A DNA stretch of 63,994 bases, filler included, from Octopus bimaculoides (taxonomy: Eukaryota), in the NCBI RefSeq assembly GCF_001194135.2. It is 4 parts of 4 records of this genome, joined end to end, with 100 filler letters (N's around TTAATTAATTAA, not from the genome) between each part and the next. Parts side by side here need not be neighbours in the genome. Positions count along the whole stretch, not along the records: positions 52,067 to 62,699 come from NC_068988.1; positions 62,800 to 63,994 come from NC_069006.1; 2 more parts are not named here. One strand, given 5' to 3'. Positions 53,456 to 63,994 of this stretch are shown piece by piece. The translations under genes were made by a program, and so were the position numbers. The notes under the pieces are model-generated. The model did no database searches and had not been told where the DNA came from. It saw only the letters and a program-made list of their open reading frames with translations. Position 1 is the stretch's first letter. Each line of letters begins with the position of its first letter.

Positions 53456-54304
53456 CATACAAGGTTGGCTAAAATTCAGCCGAGAGTAAATCAAAATTAC
53501 ATAAATACAATCGGTAATTATGTATTGATTTGAATGGAAAAAAGTGTCGTCCAAGAAGGACTTCAGTTTGAATAATTTTCATGTTGTTTCATATTTAGAT
53601 GCTTATATTAAATTCATTCAGTAGTTAAACATAAATATATCTTGGAATTAAATAGTTTTGATTTACTGTCAGGTGACTTATGACCAACGTTGTATGTATG
53701 TATGTATGTATGTATGTATATAATTAGTAATCTGCGACTGATACGTTTCCTATCGAGTAAACAACGGAGCAACATAGTTAACTCCCTAAGTCTAAAACAT
53801 TTCAATCTATTTCTTCTTTCTTTTCCTCCCACATTTTCTATTTCATTCTTTCATTCTGTTCCATTTTATTTTTTTCTCCCAATCTCTTACAACCGCTTAC
53901 CCTTTTTATGTTCTTTCTTTTGCCTGAACAAGCAGAACTAACATCCTTTTTATGTGCTTATTCGTCAAGAGAGAAACCGAATAACTACCCGTTTTACAGT
54001 GTTAAAAATTGAAATTTAAAAATCAAGAAAAGAACAAAAGCTTAAAGTGAAATTGAATTTTCGAAAAACAAAACAATGCTTAAAGAGAAACTTAGAAAAG
54101 CAAAAGGTTTGCGTTGGCGTGATGGATGTTCGGTGATAGAGTTGGCAGTTTCTACTGAGTAAACCGTTTTGTTTAGAAAAATACCCACACAATGATGATA
54201 CATACATACATACATACATACATAAATACATACATACATACACACACACATACATACATACATACATATATACATACATACATACATACATACATACATA
54301 CATA

Positions 54305-55150
54305 CATACAAAGACTACGCATGGGCATGTTGCCCGGAAGCTTGAAAAAGACAGTAGAATTGACACGAAGTGCAACTTCTCTTGGACACAAGATCACTAC
54401 ATCATATCACACTTTGAAGGGTATGCGTTTGCAATCCAGGAACAGGAGATTGCCACAAAATACCTGGTGAACAAAAGAGACAATGACGCTCTTGTAATCC
54501 CAAGGTGCAACCGCATGTGTAGGTTGTGTCATGTTTCTGTGGAAGACATCACGCATGTGATTAGCAACTGTCCTAAAATGCCGTCACGGTACTACCTCCC
54601 TATGCGGCACGATGTTGTCGCTAAAATAATTTACAATGCCATCCGCAAGAAAGACTGTCTTGAAATAAACTTTAAAAATTCCTCTGATATGGAATACATT
54701 CATAAACACCAACTCAAGGAATACTGGTGGAATATTCCCATCGAAACTTCTGTCAAATATAAACATAACAGACTGGATATTGTCGTTTGGGACAGAAGGA
54801 CAAAGGTATGTACCGTCATAGAGTTCAGCTGCCCTGCAGCTATAAATATCTCTTTAAAAAAATCAAAGGAAAAGAGGATATCTATGGGCAACTGCTTCGA
54901 AACCTCCAGTTTCTATATCCAGACTATGAATTCATATTCATACCAATAATAATTGTTAGTAAATGCTTAAAGGAGAATCTGGCTAATTCGTGCATTAAAG
55001 TGCAATCCGTGAGTAGAACAGTAAAACATGCAAGACTTTTCTTAAGTTCCAAATGTGAATTTGTCTATGTTAGCTACATCCCGAAGATTGAGCCTTGTCT
55101 TTTTGTTGGAAACCGGCTCCCTCCTCAGTGGAAGAATTATAATAATTAAA
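54305..55150 (+). mobile_element. R4/Dong-type LINE 3' fragment (CCHC knuckle plus restriction-like endonuclease)
   Basis: FAIQEQEIATKYL, CRLCHVSVEDITHVISNC, YLPMRHDVVAK, HNRLDIVVWD..VIEFSCP. Confidence 0.9.
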
Positions 55151-55269
55151 AAATAGAAGAGACATACATGCATACATACATACATACATACATACATACA
55201 TACATACATACATACATACATGCATACATACATACACACACACACACATATACATACATACATACATAC

Positions 55270-55930
55270 CGATGAGACATGACGTTGTAGCCAGTACACT
55301 GTATAATGAGATCTGTCGGAAGGATAACCCCGAGAGCAATGAAATAAGACCCTTTTTTGTGATAGAGGCCATTCCCACTCATATTAAGAGTGCTGGTGGA
55401 ATGTCCCAGTGAAAACCTCAATAAAATGTAATCATAATAAACCTGATATAGTAATTTGTGATAGAAAAGAGGAGCAGTGTACAGTTGTGGAAATCAGTTG
55501 CCCAGCAGATGTTAACATAAAGTTAAAGATCAGCAAAATAAAATACCTACGCTGAACTGTTGGGAGATCTATAGTTACTCTATCCAGATTACAAGTTCAG
55601 GTTTATGCCTGCAATTACTGGGGCACTGGGAATGTAATGCACTGCCTAAACATCAAACTTGGGAAATTAGGCTTCTCAAAACCAGAAAGGAGGAACGTAA
55701 TTCGAAGTCTACAGAACCAAGCCATCACTGGAACTTTAAAAATTTATGCGCATATCTAGACACACAACTATGTGCATGAGAATACAACATAAAACAAAAC
55801 ATACAAATCTGCACATGCATGATTCAAAATACTGCACATATATACACATACATGCAAAAATACCCTGTTCATTTTGTTGAAATTCCAATGAAGGAGCTTC
55901 GGATCTAGGTTAGAAACCGGCTCTTTCTCC
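55270..55930 (+). mobile_element. Second, shorter R4/Dong-type 3' fragment in tandem with the previous copy
   Basis: Starts at MRHDVVA; contains HNKPDIVI.D..VVEISCPADVN and ITGTLKI-like end; separated from the first copy by (CATA)n. Confidence 0.75.
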
Positions 55931-56023
55931 ATTATCTTCAAATAAAACTGAATAATATCTCTCTCTCACACACACATACACACACACAAACATACACACA
56001 TATATAACTTGTCTATCTATCTG

Positions 56024-56078
<55 letters not shown>

Positions 56079-56097
56079 GTGTGCGTGTATGTGTGTG

Positions 56098-56162
<65 letters not shown>

Positions 56163-56280
56163 GGATGGATACGAAAAAGAGAGAGATAATGACTAAGATT
56201 GAGAGGCAGAGAAAAAGATACAGAAAGAATGAAAGAAAAAGACAAGAGAGAATGAGAGAGTGGGAACGAGAGAGAGAGAG

Positions 56281-56369
<89 letters not shown>

Positions 56370-56409
56370 CAGTAAAGTAGATTTAGAAAAAGATGGAGGA
56401 TTTACTTAC

Positions 56410-56616
56410 AGCAATAGTTTTCAAAATATACAGTAACTAAATCAATTTTATGAGCGACTCTCAAGTCAACAATCCACCACGGATTCATCATGTAATTCGT
56501 TCGGCTGCATGGTCCGTTCCGATTCGTCTTGCCATCTATAGCAAGCTGGGCACCATACTTATCGGCCACACTACTTTGTTTTACTGGTTTTCCTCGTGCA
56601 ATGTTGTTGCCTGCAG
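56410..56616 (-). CDS. F-type lectin (fucolectin/FTP domain) exon 2 (AAGNNIARGKPVKQSSVADKYGAQLAIDGKTNRNGPCSRTNYMMNPWWIVDLRVAHKIDLVTVYFENYC)
   Basis: Long polypyrimidine acceptor, donor T|gtaagt, 207 nt, phase 1-1; motifs NIAxGKP..QSS, AIDG, C-x-x-T and NPWW-x-VDL are diagnostic of F-type lectin domains. Missed by the ORF track because it has no long Met-initiated ORF. Confidence 0.9.
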
Positions 56617-56667
56617 CTGGAAAAAAGAAACAAAAATATTGAGAAAAGTTTCCTATACTCTAAAACA

Positions 56668-57020
56668 CATCATCATCATCATCATCATCAAGATCCCTTG
56701 TCAGATTCAGCCAGCCGTTGGGGTCCCACTCTAGATGCTTTCATAGTCAGTCGTCACAACTGGTCTCTGATCTGTGTCATGCTTAGCAGCTTCACTGTGT
56801 TCTGACCTGTCCAGTCCTTGATGTTATCAAGCCAAGATTTTCTCTGTCTTATCTGCCTCACTTTCATCTTCCCTCATCTGTGTCATGAAGAATGATTTTG
56901 GACAGTGAGTTGTGGAAGGATACATGACCGTGCTAGAGAAGCTTCCGTCATTTTTACCTATGCAAGGAGTGGTTCCTGTCTGCCACCTTATTTTTGACTT
57001 ACTGTCTTGTAAGGCTGCTA
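56668..57020 (-). mobile_element. RTE-type LINE 3' fragment with (GAT)n tail, in lectin intron 1
   Basis: RKLL*HGHV..HNSLSKIILH..EG, decayed GR motif; tail is (CAT)n on the plus strand. Confidence 0.65.
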
Positions 57021-57759
57021 GCTTTGTGATCCGCCCCAGTCTAATAGATCAAGGTCATCTTATCCAAAATATAGTCGTAGTTGTTATATAATCATAGATA
57101 AGTCCTTATCGAGCAGACCTAAATCACCTTATCTGAAAGATGTTTGTGCAGTTATTGTTTACTTCCACTCATAGTTCAGCCCTGATCGAGCAAATCTAGA
57201 GCCAAAGACGATATGTCAGTCTATTTTAGTGTTATCTAGACACAAATTATCTAATGTGACCCCCGCTTTTCAAAAAGACAGCAGAGTGTGCTTTGAGAAA
57301 AATTCATCTGTTATTTCTAGTAGGTCTTTCTATTAGGTAAAGGGTTCTTTGTCGGCTGAGAAATTTAGAAAGACAGATGGATGGAAAACGATGTGTAGAT
57401 ACAAAAATATGTATGAATACACACACACACACACACACATACGCACACGCACACGCACGCACGCACATACATATTTATATGTGTGTGTATCAATATATTT
57501 ATATATATTTGTATGCGTGTGAGTAAACGTATGTACGTATGTGTGTATGTATGTATGTATGTATGTATGTATGTATGTATGTATGTATGTGTTGATCTAC
57601 ATCTTTTTCTGGGTATGACTTTAAACTGCATCGAGTAGTGGGCCCTTTGTTCGTAAGCTCCAGTGTTTTGAGGTGTGTGGAACCGCATCTTAGCTACCAT
57701 TTGTTCTCAGATCTACTCAGATCTGGACTTGTGGCTCTTGTCAGGATCCCAGTTATGGA

Positions 57760-58291
57760 CTAATTAGTAAGTTAGTCGGGAAAACAGAGCTCGTAATCCG
57801 GGAAGTGAGGGGAACCCGTCTTGAGGAAAGGGAACCCTGATTCCAAACCTCCGGCCGTACTCAACCACGAGAAAGGCTTCGGGAGTAAACCCTATGGAAA
57901 AATCGCGAGTCGGAGCTCTTGGGAAAGTTCGACGTTGACTACCACCTCGTTCTGCGACGATGCTGGTGCCAAACTGCAAGGGGCATGCTGTTGCTTTGGA
58001 GTCATCAGTGCTTTGGAGTCATCAGTGCTTTGGAGTCATCAGTACTTTGGAGTCATCAGTGGGTATACGCTGCATGGGCAACAGCCTGTCCTCCATACCA
58101 TACTATCAAACACCCTATGCTGGAAAGATAAAAAACATTACTACTCAAAGAGCACTGGAACAGCCTACGAGTGCGGCTAGTGTGGCCGAGACTGCTATTC
58201 GTGCATCGGACCGTTCAATCACAGACAACGTTGTTCAACGGCAGACAACTAGGACCTTAAGCCTTAGCCATTAATGACAGATGCGGACCTC

Positions 58292-58300
<9 letters not shown>
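57760..58300 (+). mobile_element. Internally deleted RTE element: 5' UTR joined to the C2H2 3' end, with a 17-bp VNTR
   Basis: RTE-like 5' UTR (gaggaaagggaaccctgattccaaacctccg..gggagtaaaccctatggaaaaatc); 3' ECG*CGRDCYSCIGPFNHRQRC; (tgctttggagtcatcag)x4 at 57992-58059. Confidence 0.6.
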
Positions 58301-58359
<59 letters not shown>

Positions 58360-58376
58360 AGACAGACAGACAAATG

Positions 58377-58429
<53 letters not shown>

Positions 58430-58686
58430 GGCATGTTGACAGGTATGTGTTCTCACTGTGCACAATAACTTATAGATTATCGACATGAACGCTGTCTCAG
58501 TACTTCGGTGAATCAAGCAATAATTTAGTACAATAAAGTACATGAAAGCAGCAACTACATTTAAGATAATCAACGAAGCATAAAGTCAAAATAGAAAAAA
58601 AGTAAATTAATTGTACACAGAAAAAAGGAAGCATTTTTAACAGCGACGACGACGATGACAAAGGTGATTCCAAATTCTACCCTTAC

Positions 58687-58738
58687 CAATACAGCCTTGG
58701 ACCAAGACTACAAGAAGGAATAAAACACGCAGCATCAT
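58687..58738 (-). CDS. F-type lectin gene exon 1, signal peptide (MMLRVLFLLVVLVQGCI)
   Basis: Basic residue plus hydrophobic core typical of a signal peptide; donor G|gtaagg, phase 1, in frame with exon 2. Confidence 0.75.
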
Positions 58739-59069
58739 TCTTTATAGGCTGTTCTTTCTACCATAGAAATATTCCAAAATGACTTCAGCTTTTGTTAAGA
58801 CATGTCTTCATTTATAATCATCATCAATCGAAGATCAATAAGGTTGTTATAATATTGATGTTAAAGACCATTATGTCAATACATCTATGTAACCATCCAC
58901 CCATCCATCCATCCATCCATCTATCGCTCGGCTTCTAAACACACACACACACACACACACGCACACACACACACACACACGCACACACACGCACACACAC
59001 ACACAAAATATACATATATATGTATATACAAGTTCATATTTACAGAAGTGTGTATATATATATATATTT

Positions 59070-59100
<31 letters not shown>

Positions 59101-59679
59101 CATATATGTATGCATATGTGTATGTGTATATATATGTATATATATGTGTGTATATATATTTATGTATGTGTGTATATATATGTATANNNNNNNNNNNNNN
59201 NNNNNNNNNNNNNNNNNNNNNNNNNNNNNNNNNNNNNNNNNNNNNNNNNNNNNNNNNNNNNNNNNNNNNNNNNNNNNNNNNNNNNNNNNNNNNNNNNNNN
59301 NNNNNNNNNNNNNNNNNNNNNNNNNNNNNNNNNNNNNNNNNNNNNNNNNNNNNNNNNNNNNNNNNNNNNNNNNNNNNNNNNNNNNNNNNNNNNNNNNNNN
59401 NNNNNNNNNNNNNNNNNNNNNNNNNNNNNNNNNNNNNNNNNNNNNNNNNNNNNNATATATATAAAATACACACACACACACAAGTTTTGAACTATCAACA
59501 CTGTCGGAATCTAGACTAATACCGAAATTCTTCAAGTGCAGGAAATCCTGATTTCACGACGGTAAAACTAGGATTATATTTGTACACGCATACATACCCA
59601 ATACATACGCACATACTTATGTACGTAGATGATGACGACAGTGATGATGATGGCTCTCCATTCGTGACCAAGGACGACC

Positions 59680-60130
59680 ATCAATGACAACTAAGAGAAA
59701 TGTGCACTCAGACAAATTTATACTTTACACTTTTCCTCTATGCGGCAGAAAATTGGACAAGGTTGCTATCTTCTTCTCGTTTATCGTGTACAATGGTACA
59801 CAGTAAACGAGAAGAAGATAGCAACCTTTGGGATAGAGATTTTTCACAGGTTAGGCAGAATAAGCTGGAAAGACGGTAACAAAAGTTACAGCTGTAGAGA
59901 AGCTGAAAGTCCAAGAAAGAACTTATTGGGGGAGAATCAAGGCCACAAAGCTATCGTGCCACGACCAACTGGCAGGAAGTGTGAAGGGGTAAAGAGCAAG
60001 TGGTCGTTAAAGACGTTTGCGGACTGGCATCAAAGAATGAACTGGAAATAAGAGCGTGGCGGACTGTAGCATGCAGTGGAACGCAGAGAGAACTGGAGTA
60101 TTGGCAAGTCGACCACCTAATTGGTGGCTG
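59680..60130 (+). mobile_element. Decayed RTE-type LINE RT C-terminal fragment
   Basis: LYAAE, NEKKIATFGIEIFHRLGRISWKD. Confidence 0.55.
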
Positions 60131-60851
60131 TTGATAATACTATAAAGTTTAGAGGTAGAAATAACGTATACAAGATCTCCCTATGGTTAATCTTCTGGCA
60201 TTAGAGTTTCATAAAATACTTCATATGATTCTGTGAAAACAGGTAAAACGGCCATTGCTCTGCCAGTCTTATTTAGCTTCTATTCTTTAGTGATCGGGAA
60301 AGTGTGGATCAGGTTTCATTTCGCTTTAGCAATCATATATGACAAACGTTTCATTTGTACGTAAATGATGTTGTGTTGATTTGAAGCCAATTCATAATAC
60401 ATTTAGTGTCAGGCTGAATAGGTTTTTTTTTTAAATAGTAGCGTGTAGTTTATTGTAGTGTAGTTAAAAGCTCGCTTTGAAAAAGCGAAATTTATAATTC
60501 AATCATTCTGTGCGGCACCTTACTCAAGCGTCTTCTATCATAGTTTCGAGTTGACCTGTGCTTCATGATCAAAAATATGCTGACGGAAGCCGTTTGCAAA
60601 CAGTTGTGGTGACCGCTTGTGCTCTTGGATAATTGACTGAATTCCTTGATAACCCCCGTTGGAAATTAAGAGCCTGCCAACATGGAAAAAAAAAAGAAAG
60701 GTATTCGAACCATACAATAGAGTTTAGAGATTGATTTAGATACGAGATTTCACACTCACTCTCGCTACTCGGAGTTTCACATTACTGATACATACATATT
60801 TATGTGTATACACAGACACACACGCGCGTATATATGAACATGATATACATT

Positions 60852-60884
<33 letters not shown>

Positions 60885-61371
60885 GAGTGTATGTATATAT
60901 GTATGTATGTATATATGTTTGTATGTATATATGTGTGTGTATATATGTGTATGTGTGTGTGTATATATACACACATATATATATAAAACAAATAACTAGC
61001 ACTCCGTCGCTTTTGACGACAAGGGTTCCAGTTGATCCAATCGACGGAACAGCCTGTTCATGAAATTAACATACAAGTGGCTGAGCACACCACTGACACG
61101 CGTGCCCTTAACGTAGTTCTCAGGGAGATTCAGCGTGACACAGAGTGTGCCATGGCTGGCTCTTTGATACTACTCATTTTTGTAAGTTGAGTGGGCTGGA
61201 GCAACGTGAAATAAAGTGTCTTGCTGAAGGACACAACGCACCGATGGGAATCGAACTCGTAACCTTACGATCGTGAGTGAATACCCCCAACCGCTAAGCC
61301 AGGCGCCTTCCCCTACCCCACACGTACGTAGTGTGTATGTATGTGAGTGCATGCGTGTGTATATCTACTTA

Positions 61372-61410
<39 letters not shown>

Positions 61411-61857
61411 GCTTGTCTGTCTATACATACATACATGCATACATACATACAAATAGACAGACAAGCAGATAGTTATCATAGCCCAAGAGTCAGTTCATAT
61501 GCACGTAACAAAGAGATTCAGAAAAATATATATTAAAAAAGAAAAAAACTGAAAAATAAAGCAGAAGTTGGAAAATAGATTCTTAATCCAAGAAAGACAG
61601 TGGGATTAAGATAACCGATAATCCCTGCTTCATATATTAATATCGAGTTATGTTGTTCATATGACAAGTTTATGCAGGTGCAGGAGTCTTCGTTTTGATT
61701 GGTTGACGTTTATTTGATAAAAGGTTTTTAATGAAAAAAAGAGAGATACAATGGTGGAATCAGGTGAGGGTACGGCGAAATATAATTCTGCTGCGATGTG
61801 TGTAAGTGTATAACTGTGTGTGTACGTGTGCATTTGTGGGTGTATATATGATGTTTA

Positions 61858-61904
<47 letters not shown>

Positions 61905-62158
61905 TTACATACATACACACACACATATAGAAGCACATTCATACAGGTGTATGTATGTATGTATGTATGTATGTATGTATGTATGTATCTATCTATCTAG
62001 CTAGCTAGCTAGTTAGCCAGCTATATAGACATACAGACATACACTAGTATGTGCTCACATAGACGCAGGCTGGCGTGTCTGTACAGAAAGAAAAGTGGGG
62101 AGGAAGGGAAAGTAATAGAGAGAAAAACAGAGATAGAATGAGAGAGAGCGAGAGAGAG

Positions 62159-62228
<70 letters not shown>

Positions 62229-62930
62229 CGTATGCCTGTGTATGAGTGAGTGTGTGAAAAAGTGAGTGACAGACAGAGAGAAAAGGAGGGAGATATTTAA
62301 ATTTACGTACTCATAAACACACGAATTTCCATGAAAATAGCCTTAAAAGAGATAATGGCCTCTCTATCTCTCCTTCTTTCATTCTCTTGTTCTCTTATTG
62401 TATTTCTCTCACTCCCTCTCTCTTCATTTCTCTTACTCTTTCTCACATACACTTTCATATGCAAGGCTAATTACTCGCAAGTTCTTTCTCTCCCTCCCTC
62501 CCTTTCTCTCTCTCCGTCCATCTCTCCCTGTCCCCGCTCTCTTTCTCGGTCAATCCGTTTGTCTGTGTATGCATGAAGCTCTGTATATGTATGCATGTTT
62601 GTATGACTATATGTACATACATACCTACACACAAATACACACACACACACACACACACATATAATATGTATATATTTATTATTTCTATATAATATATATN
62701 NNNNNNNNNNNNNNNNNNNNNNNNNNNNNNNNNNNNNNNNNNNTTAATTAATTAANNNNNNNNNNNNNNNNNNNNNNNNNNNNNNNNNNNNNNNNNNNNA
62801 GCATAGTCAGTTCGGAAGACCGGTCACCATATTTCACTGTCCCCGTGGAGCTGCATATTTACGATAGATGCATAACGTTTTTAAATAAATAAATAAATAA
62901 ATACACTCGGAATAACAAAAAAAGAAGATG

Positions 62931-62966
<36 letters not shown>

Positions 62967-63099
62967 AATAATCTTCCGAATTTTGGCACAAGGCCAACAA
63001 TGTTAGAACGTAGCCTCTAGGGAGAATGTTTCAACTGTAGCGCACCCGCAAAAAAAAAAAAAAAAGCCCCCAAAACACCCAAACATTCTGAACGTTTGG

Positions 63100-63900
63100 A
63101 CATTCTAAGGGCCCCTCAATTCATCCAACGAGTGAACTATCAGAATTGTGTTGCACGAGGCTATTCCATACAAATCGTATGTACTGAGGAGAAGCCGAAT
63201 CATGTGTCAGCAAAGACGCAGGAAAACCGTTTGGTTTATGTTAAGAGGTTATTTTACAAGGCTAAAAACTCTCATGAACACAGCATGCTTTAGACCTTCT
63301 CTGATGAGAACCGCCGCCTCAAAAAAGGAATCTTCGACCAAAACCGTGACTATAACAAGAGAAACGACAGATTATCAGCAGATTTTTCGGATGTTTCTAG
63401 AATGATGGACATCAAGTTTTCGAAAATTGTGATGGTGTTAAGTGTGGTGAGCAACCACACGCATGTCAAGGCAACTTACATCTTTTCACAAGATCTTAGA
63501 ACTAATGCTGCTGTTGTTAAGCCCAGGATGGATGAAGCGTGACGTGGAAGTATATACGTATTCCAACGAGACTCGGCTCCTTTTCACGATACCTACATAA
63601 CCCAAGAATGCATATCAGAAAGTTTTAAAAACCTGTATCACCAAACTTTTGGCCCCTCGACTCGTTAGATTTAGGTTTTCATGGACTACTATATTGGCAG
63701 CGTTTTTAAAAGGGAAAATAAATCGACATCCTCGTCTCACTTGATGCCAACATCGTCCAGGTGATGTCAGAAATAAATAAAGAACGTTCAGTGCTGGGAT
63801 AACAACGATTCTAGTCCCACATTGAAGCAATGATCAACACTGAAAAACAGATTCATAGAGCAACCTTATAGGAAAGCATGTCGAGAAAATGTGCACCTAA
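63100..63900 (+). mobile_element. Second DD37D (maT) transposase relic
   Basis: HEAIPYKSYVLRR, FSDE, KRNDRL, VMVLSVVSN, YVFQRDSAP, MDYY; frameshifts and stops. Confidence 0.75.
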
Positions 63901-63994
63901 TTTTATTCAAACGCATTTAATTTTTTTTACTAGATTAGAGTTGTTTTATTAGATCGCAAAATATGCCCTCAAATACTTTTCACATTCTGTATTT

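Noticed and set aside
55080-55930. gaaaccggctc segments at the R4 3' ends as hammerhead ribozymes
   Set aside because: The CUGANGA box is absent or mutated and the NUH spacing is off in both copies.
158-61308. tRNA genes
   Set aside because: All A/B-box segments are SINE heads that continue into SINE bodies; none forms a complete cloverleaf.
62310-62340. 31-nt minus-strand exon candidate upstream of the lectin (AIFMEIRVFM)
   Set aside because: A much better first exon with a signal peptide exists at 58687-58738, and the donor gtacgt is unremarkable.

Overview
AT-rich, repeat-dense eukaryotic DNA whose repeats look like those of an octopod cephalopod (Octopus-like; inferred from SINE/LINE/microsatellite content, not checked by search). 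The window is stitched from at least four sequence blocks joined by 100-bp N44-TTAATTAATTAA-N44 scaffolding spacers. Almost all ORFs in the supplied track are microsatellite or gap artefacts. Real coding sequence found by manual splice-aware reading, all on the minus strand: (1) a complete three-exon secreted F-type lectin (fucolectin-like) gene at 53.1-58.7 kb whose fucose-binding motif is rewritten; (2) the first three coding exons of a PARP6/PARP8-family mono-ADP-ribosyltransferase gene at 34.9-44.7 kb, with no further PARP exons recognisable in the next ~35 kb; (3) a lone, frameshifted RALGAPB exon only ~300 bp downstream of PARP exon 3. Mobile DNA includes RTE LINEs (one with a PHD-like finger inside the RT), R4/Dong-type LINEs, an L2/CR1 remnant, DD37D (maT) Tc1/mariner relics, a Helitron relic, piggyBac-like and hAT MITEs, and three tRNA-derived SINE families. 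Penelope-type hammerhead-ribozyme motifs cluster at 51-52.3 kb. CpG content switches sharply near 52.3 kb, which suggests a methylated gene body next to an unmethylated promoter/intergenic domain.
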